A stretch of DNA of 64,000 nucleotides from Bugula neritina (taxonomy: Eukaryota > Animalia > Bryozoa): NCBI GenBank assembly GCA_964035545.1, contig CAXIUT010000097.1:124001-188000 (forward strand), read 5' to 3'. The translations under genes and the position numbers were made by a program. The notes under the pieces are model-generated. The model searched no databases. It had not been told where the DNA came from and was given only the letters and a program-made list of their open reading frames with translations. This document shows positions 58,549 through 64,000 of this stretch, one piece after another; the first letter of the stretch is position 1; the number at the start of each line of letters is the position of its first letter.

Positions 58549-61500
58549 TACATCGCAAAATACTACAACATACTGAAATGCACTGTAACCTATTGAAATA
58601 CACTGCAACACATTGAAATATACTGCAATGTACTTAAATATATGGTAAACTACTGAAATATACTGTCACACATTGAAAAATACTGCAACATACTGAAATA
58701 TACTGCGACACATTGCAATATACTGTAGGATACTGAAATACGCTGTAGCACACTGAAATACACTGCAACTCACTGAAATATACTGCAACATACTGAAACA
58801 CACTGTAACATATTGAAATATACTGCAACATACTGAAATACATTGCTACATACTGAAATATACTGCAACATACTGCAACATACTGAAATACACTGTAACA
58901 TACTGAGATACGCTGCAACATACTACAACATATTGAAAGACACTGCAACACATTGAAATATACTGCAACATACCTAAATATACGGTAATATACCAAAATA
59001 TACTGTAACACATTGAAAAATACTGCAACATACTGAAATACACTGCAACACACCGAAAAACACTGAAAATACTGTGACACACTGAAATATACTGCAAAAT
59101 ATTGGAATACACTGCTACATACTGAAATATACTGCGACACACTGCAACATACTAAAGTATACTGCAACATACTGAAATACACTGCAACACATTGAAATAT
59201 ACTGCAAAATACTGAAATCCACTGCTATATACTGAAGTACACTGCAACACACTACAACATACTGCAACATACGAAAATATACTGCAACATACTGAAATAC
59301 ACTGCAAAATACTGAAATACACTGTAACATACTGAAGTATGCTGCAAAATACTGAAATACACTGCTACATACTGAAATATACTGCAACACACTGCGACAT
59401 ACTGCAACATACTAAAATACACTGTAACATATTGAAATACACTGCAACACATTGAAATATACTGCAATGTACTGAAATACATGCTAAACTACTGAAATAT
59501 ACTGTCACACAATGAAAAACACTGCAACGTACTGATATATACTGCGACACATTGCAATATACTGTAACATACTGAAATAGGCTGTAGCATACTGAAATAC
59601 ACTGCAACTCACTGAAATATACTGCAACATACTGAAATACACTGTAACATATTGAAATATACTGCAACATACTGAAATATAGTGCTACATACTGAAATAT
59701 ACTGCAACATACTGCAACATAGTGGAATACACTGTAACATACTGAAATACACTGCAACATACTACAACATATTGAAATACACTGCAACACATTGAAATAT
59801 ACTGCAACATACCCAAATATACGGTAATCTACTGAAATATACTGTAACACATTGAAAAACACTGCAACATACTGTAATACACTGCAACACATTCAAATAC
59901 ACCGCAAAATACTACAACATACTGAAATGCACTGTAACATATTGAAATGCACTGCAACACATTGAAATATACTGCAATGTACCGAAATATATGGTAAACT
60001 ACTGAAATATACTGTCACACATTGAAAAATACTGCAACATACTGAAATATACTGCGACACATTGCAATATACTGTAACATACTGAAATATGCTGTAGCAC
60101 ACTGAAATACACTGGAACTCACTGAAATATACTGCAACATACTGAATTACACTGTAACAAATTGAAATATACTGCAACATACTGAAATACAGTGCTACAT
60201 ACTGAAATATACTGTAAAATACTGCAACATAGTGAAATACACTGTAACATACTGAAATACACTGCAACATACTACAACATATTGAAATACACTGCAACAC
60301 ATTGAAATATACTGCAACATACCTAAATATACTGTAATATACTGAAATATACTGTAACACATTGAAAAACACTGCAACATACTGAAATACACTGCAACGC
60401 ACTGAGATACACCGCAAAATACTACAACATACTGAAATGCACTGTAACATATTGAAATACACTGCAACACATTGAAATATACTGCAATGTACCGAAATAT
60501 ATTGTAAACTACTGAAATATACTGTCACACATTGAAAAGTACTGCAACATACTGAAATATACTGCGACACGTTGCAATATACTGTAACATACTGAAATAT
60601 GCTGTAGCACACTGAAATACACTGCAACTCACTGAAATATACTGCAACATACTGAAATACACTGCTACATACTGAAATATACTGCAACATACTGCAACAT
60701 AGTGAAATACACTGTAACATACTGAAATACACTGCGACATACTACAACATATTGAAAGACACTGCAACACATTGAAATATACTGCAACACACCTAAATAT
60801 ACGGTAATATACCAAAATATACTGTAACACATTTAAAAACACTGCAACCTACTGAAATACACTGCAACACACTGACATACACTGCAAAACACTGTAACAC
60901 ACTGAAATATACTGCAACACACTGTAATTTACTGCAACATACTAAAATATACTGCAACATACTGAAATACACTACAAAAAACTGAAATATACTGCAACAC
61001 ACTGCAACTTACTGCAAAATACTAATATACACTGTAACATATTGAATTACACTGCAACACATTGAAATATACTGCAAAATACTTAAATACACTGCTACAT
61101 ACTGAAATATACTGCGACACACTGCAACATACTGCAACATACTAAAATATACTGCAACATACTGAAGTACACTGCAAAATACTGAAATACACTGTAACAT
61201 ACTGAAATATACTGCAACATACTGAAATACACTGCTATATACTGAAATATACTGCAAAATACTGCAACATACTAAAATACAATGTAACATATTGAAATAC
61301 ACTGCAACACATTGAAATATACTGCAAAATACTGAAATACTTTGCTACATACTGAAATATACTGCGACACACTGCAACATACTGCAACATACTAAAATAC
61401 ACTGCAACATACTGAAATACACTGCAGAATACTGAAATACACTGTCACATACTGAAATATACTGCAAAATTCTGAAATACACTGCTACATACTGAATTAT

Positions 61501-64000
61501 ACTGCAACACACTGCGACATACTGCAACATACTAAAATACACTGTAACATATTGAAATACACTGCAACACATTGAAATATACTGCAATGTACCGAAATAT
61601 ATGGTAAACTACTGAAATATACTGTCACACATTGAAAAATACTGCAACATACTGAAATATACTGCGACACAATGCAATATACTCTAGCATACTGAAATAC
61701 GCTGTAGCACACTGAAATACACTGCAACTCACTGAAATATACTGCAACATACTGAAACACACTGTAACATATTGAAATATACTGCAACATACTGAAATAC
61801 ATTGCTACATACTGAAATATACTGCAACATACTGCAACATACTGAAATACACTGTAACATACTGAGAAACGCTGCAACATACTACAACATATTGAAAGAC
61901 ACTGCAACACATTGAAATATACTGCAACATACCTAAATATACGGTAATATACCAAAATATACTGTAACACATTGAAAAATACTGCAACATACTGAAATAC
62001 ACTGCAACACACCGAAAAACACTGAAAATACTGTAACACACTGAAATATACTGCAAAATACTGGAATACACTGCTACATACTGAAATATACTGCGACACA
62101 CTGCAACATACTAAAGTATACTGCAACATACTGAAATACACTGCAACACATTTAAATATACTGCAAAATACTGAAATACACTGCTATATACTGAAATACA
62201 CTGTAACACACTACAACATACTGCAACCTACGAAAATATACTGCAACATACTGAAATACACTGCAAAATACTAAAATACACTGTAACATACTGAAGTATA
62301 CTGCAACATACTGAAATACACTGCTACATACTGAAATATACTGCAACATACTGCAACATACTTAAATACACTGCAACACATTCAAATACACCGCAAAATA
62401 CTACAACATACTGAAATGCACTGTAACATATTGAAATACACTGCAACACATTGAAATATACTGCAATGTACCGAAATATATGGTAAACTACTGAAATATA
62501 CTGTCACACATTGAAAAATACTGCAACATACTGAAATATACTGCGACACATTGCAATATACTGTAACATACTGAAATAAGCTGTAGCACACTGAAATACA
62601 CTGGAACTCACTGAAATATACTGCAACATACTGAATTACACTGTAACAAATTGAAATATACTGCAACATACTGAAATACAGTGCTACATACTGAAATATA
62701 CTGTAACATACTGCAACATAGTGAAATACACTGTAACATACTGAAATACACTGCAACATACTACAACATATTGAAATACACTGCAACACATTGAAATATA
62801 CTGCAACATACCTAAATATACTGTAATATACTGAAATATACTGTAACACATTGAAAAACACTGCAACATACTGAAATACACTGCAACGCACTGAGATACA
62901 CCGCAAAATACTACAACATACTGAAATGCACTGTAACATATTGAAATACACTGCAACACATTGAAATATACTGCAATGTACCGAAATATATTGTAAACTA
63001 CTGAAATATACTGTCACACATTGAAAAGTACTGCAACATACTGAAATATACTGCGACACGTTGCAATATACTGTAACATACTGAAATATGCTGTAGCACA
63101 CTGAAATACACTGCAACTCACTGAAATATACTGCAACATACTGAAATACACTGCTACATACTGAAATATACTGCAACATACTGCAACATAGTGAAATACA
63201 CTGTAACATACTGAAATACACTGCGACATACTACAACATATTGAAAGACACTGCAACACATTGAAATATACTGCAACACACCTAAATATACGGTAATATA
63301 CCAAAATACACTGTAACACATTTAAAAACACTGCAACCTACTGAAATACACTGCAACACACTGACATACACTGCAAAACACTGTAACACACTGAAATATA
63401 CTGCAACACACTGTAATTTACTGCAACATACTAAAATATACTGCAACATACTGAAATACACTACAAAAAACTGAAATATACTGCAACACACTGCAACTTA
63501 CTGCAAAATACTAATATACACTGTAACATATTGAATTACACTGCAACACATTGAAATATACTGCAAAATACTTAAATACACTGCTACATACTGAAATATA
63601 CTGCGACACACTGCAACATACTGCAACATACTAAAATATACTGCAACATACTGAAGTACACTGCAAAATACTGAAATACACTGTAACATACTGAAATATA
63701 CTGCAACATACTGAAATACACTGCTATATACTGAAATATACTGCAAAATACTGCAACATACTAAAATACAATGTAACATATTGAAATACACTGCAACACA
63801 TTGAAATATACTGCAAAATACTGAAATACTTTGCTACATACTGAAATATACTGCGACACACTGCAACATACTGCAACATACTAAAATACACTGCAACATA
63901 CTGAAATACACTGCAGAATACTGAAATACACTGTCACATACTGAAATATACTGCAAAATTCTGAAATACACTGCTACATACTGAATTATACTGCAACACA
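58549..64000. repeat. Satellite DNA array, same family; block 3, runs off the right edge
   Basis: Same monomers and variant words; contains a duplication at offset 2,489 bp (ORF-track pairs 59893/62382, 60793/63282, 61009/63498). Confidence 0.98.

Larger units (their letters stand above)
50052..59159 (+). repeat. Segmental duplication of 1-~9108 (satellite + transposon + satellite), offset 50,051
   Basis: Rare variant CTGAAAAAAAATACATAATACTG at ~115 and ~50166; ORF-track coordinates 108-8795 recur at +50,051; the match ends at CTAAAGTAAA (9101) vs CTAAAGTATA (59152). Confidence 0.92.

Noticed and set aside
108-63791. Hundreds of minus-strand ORFs encoding MLQYISVCCSVFQYVAVYFS-type peptides (up to 321 aa)
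   Set aside because: Expected from a decamer repeat whose minus strand is stop-poor. They are open in all three frames at once, overlap arbitrarily, end at random point variants and show no gene structure.
1-64000. A simple 50,051-bp tandem macro-repeat
   Set aside because: Identity at this offset stops at ~9108/59159; 9109-13949 is not collinear with 59160-64000.

Overview
Eukaryotic heterochromatin-like window with no intact protein-coding gene. About 53 kb is a strand-asymmetric satellite of 10-bp monomers (ACTGCAACAT alternating with ACTGAAATAY). It is organised hierarchically: a 20-bp dimer, a ~170-bp sub-duplication, a recurrent 510-bp higher-order unit, and nested 0.26-11 kb duplications. 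The hundreds of minus-strand 'ORFs' are translation artefacts of this repeat. The satellite is interrupted twice (3122-8497 and 53173-58548) by near-identical copies of a 5,376-bp DNA transposon, and an empty pre-insertion site survives at 42887-42888, fixing the target-site duplication (TSD) as TA. By manual translation the element carries two heavily decayed head-to-head genes: a spliced DUF6589-like putative transposase (minus) and a RecQ-like helicase (plus). Together with inner TTAA-GG...CC-TTAA ends, this points to a Kolobok-H-type element. The most unusual feature is that those Kolobok-type ends lie 10 bp inside a second pair of ends (CACAGC...GCTGTG, TA TSD), which are the ends that actually moved. 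Protein family calls rest on motif recognition by eye and need HMM confirmation.
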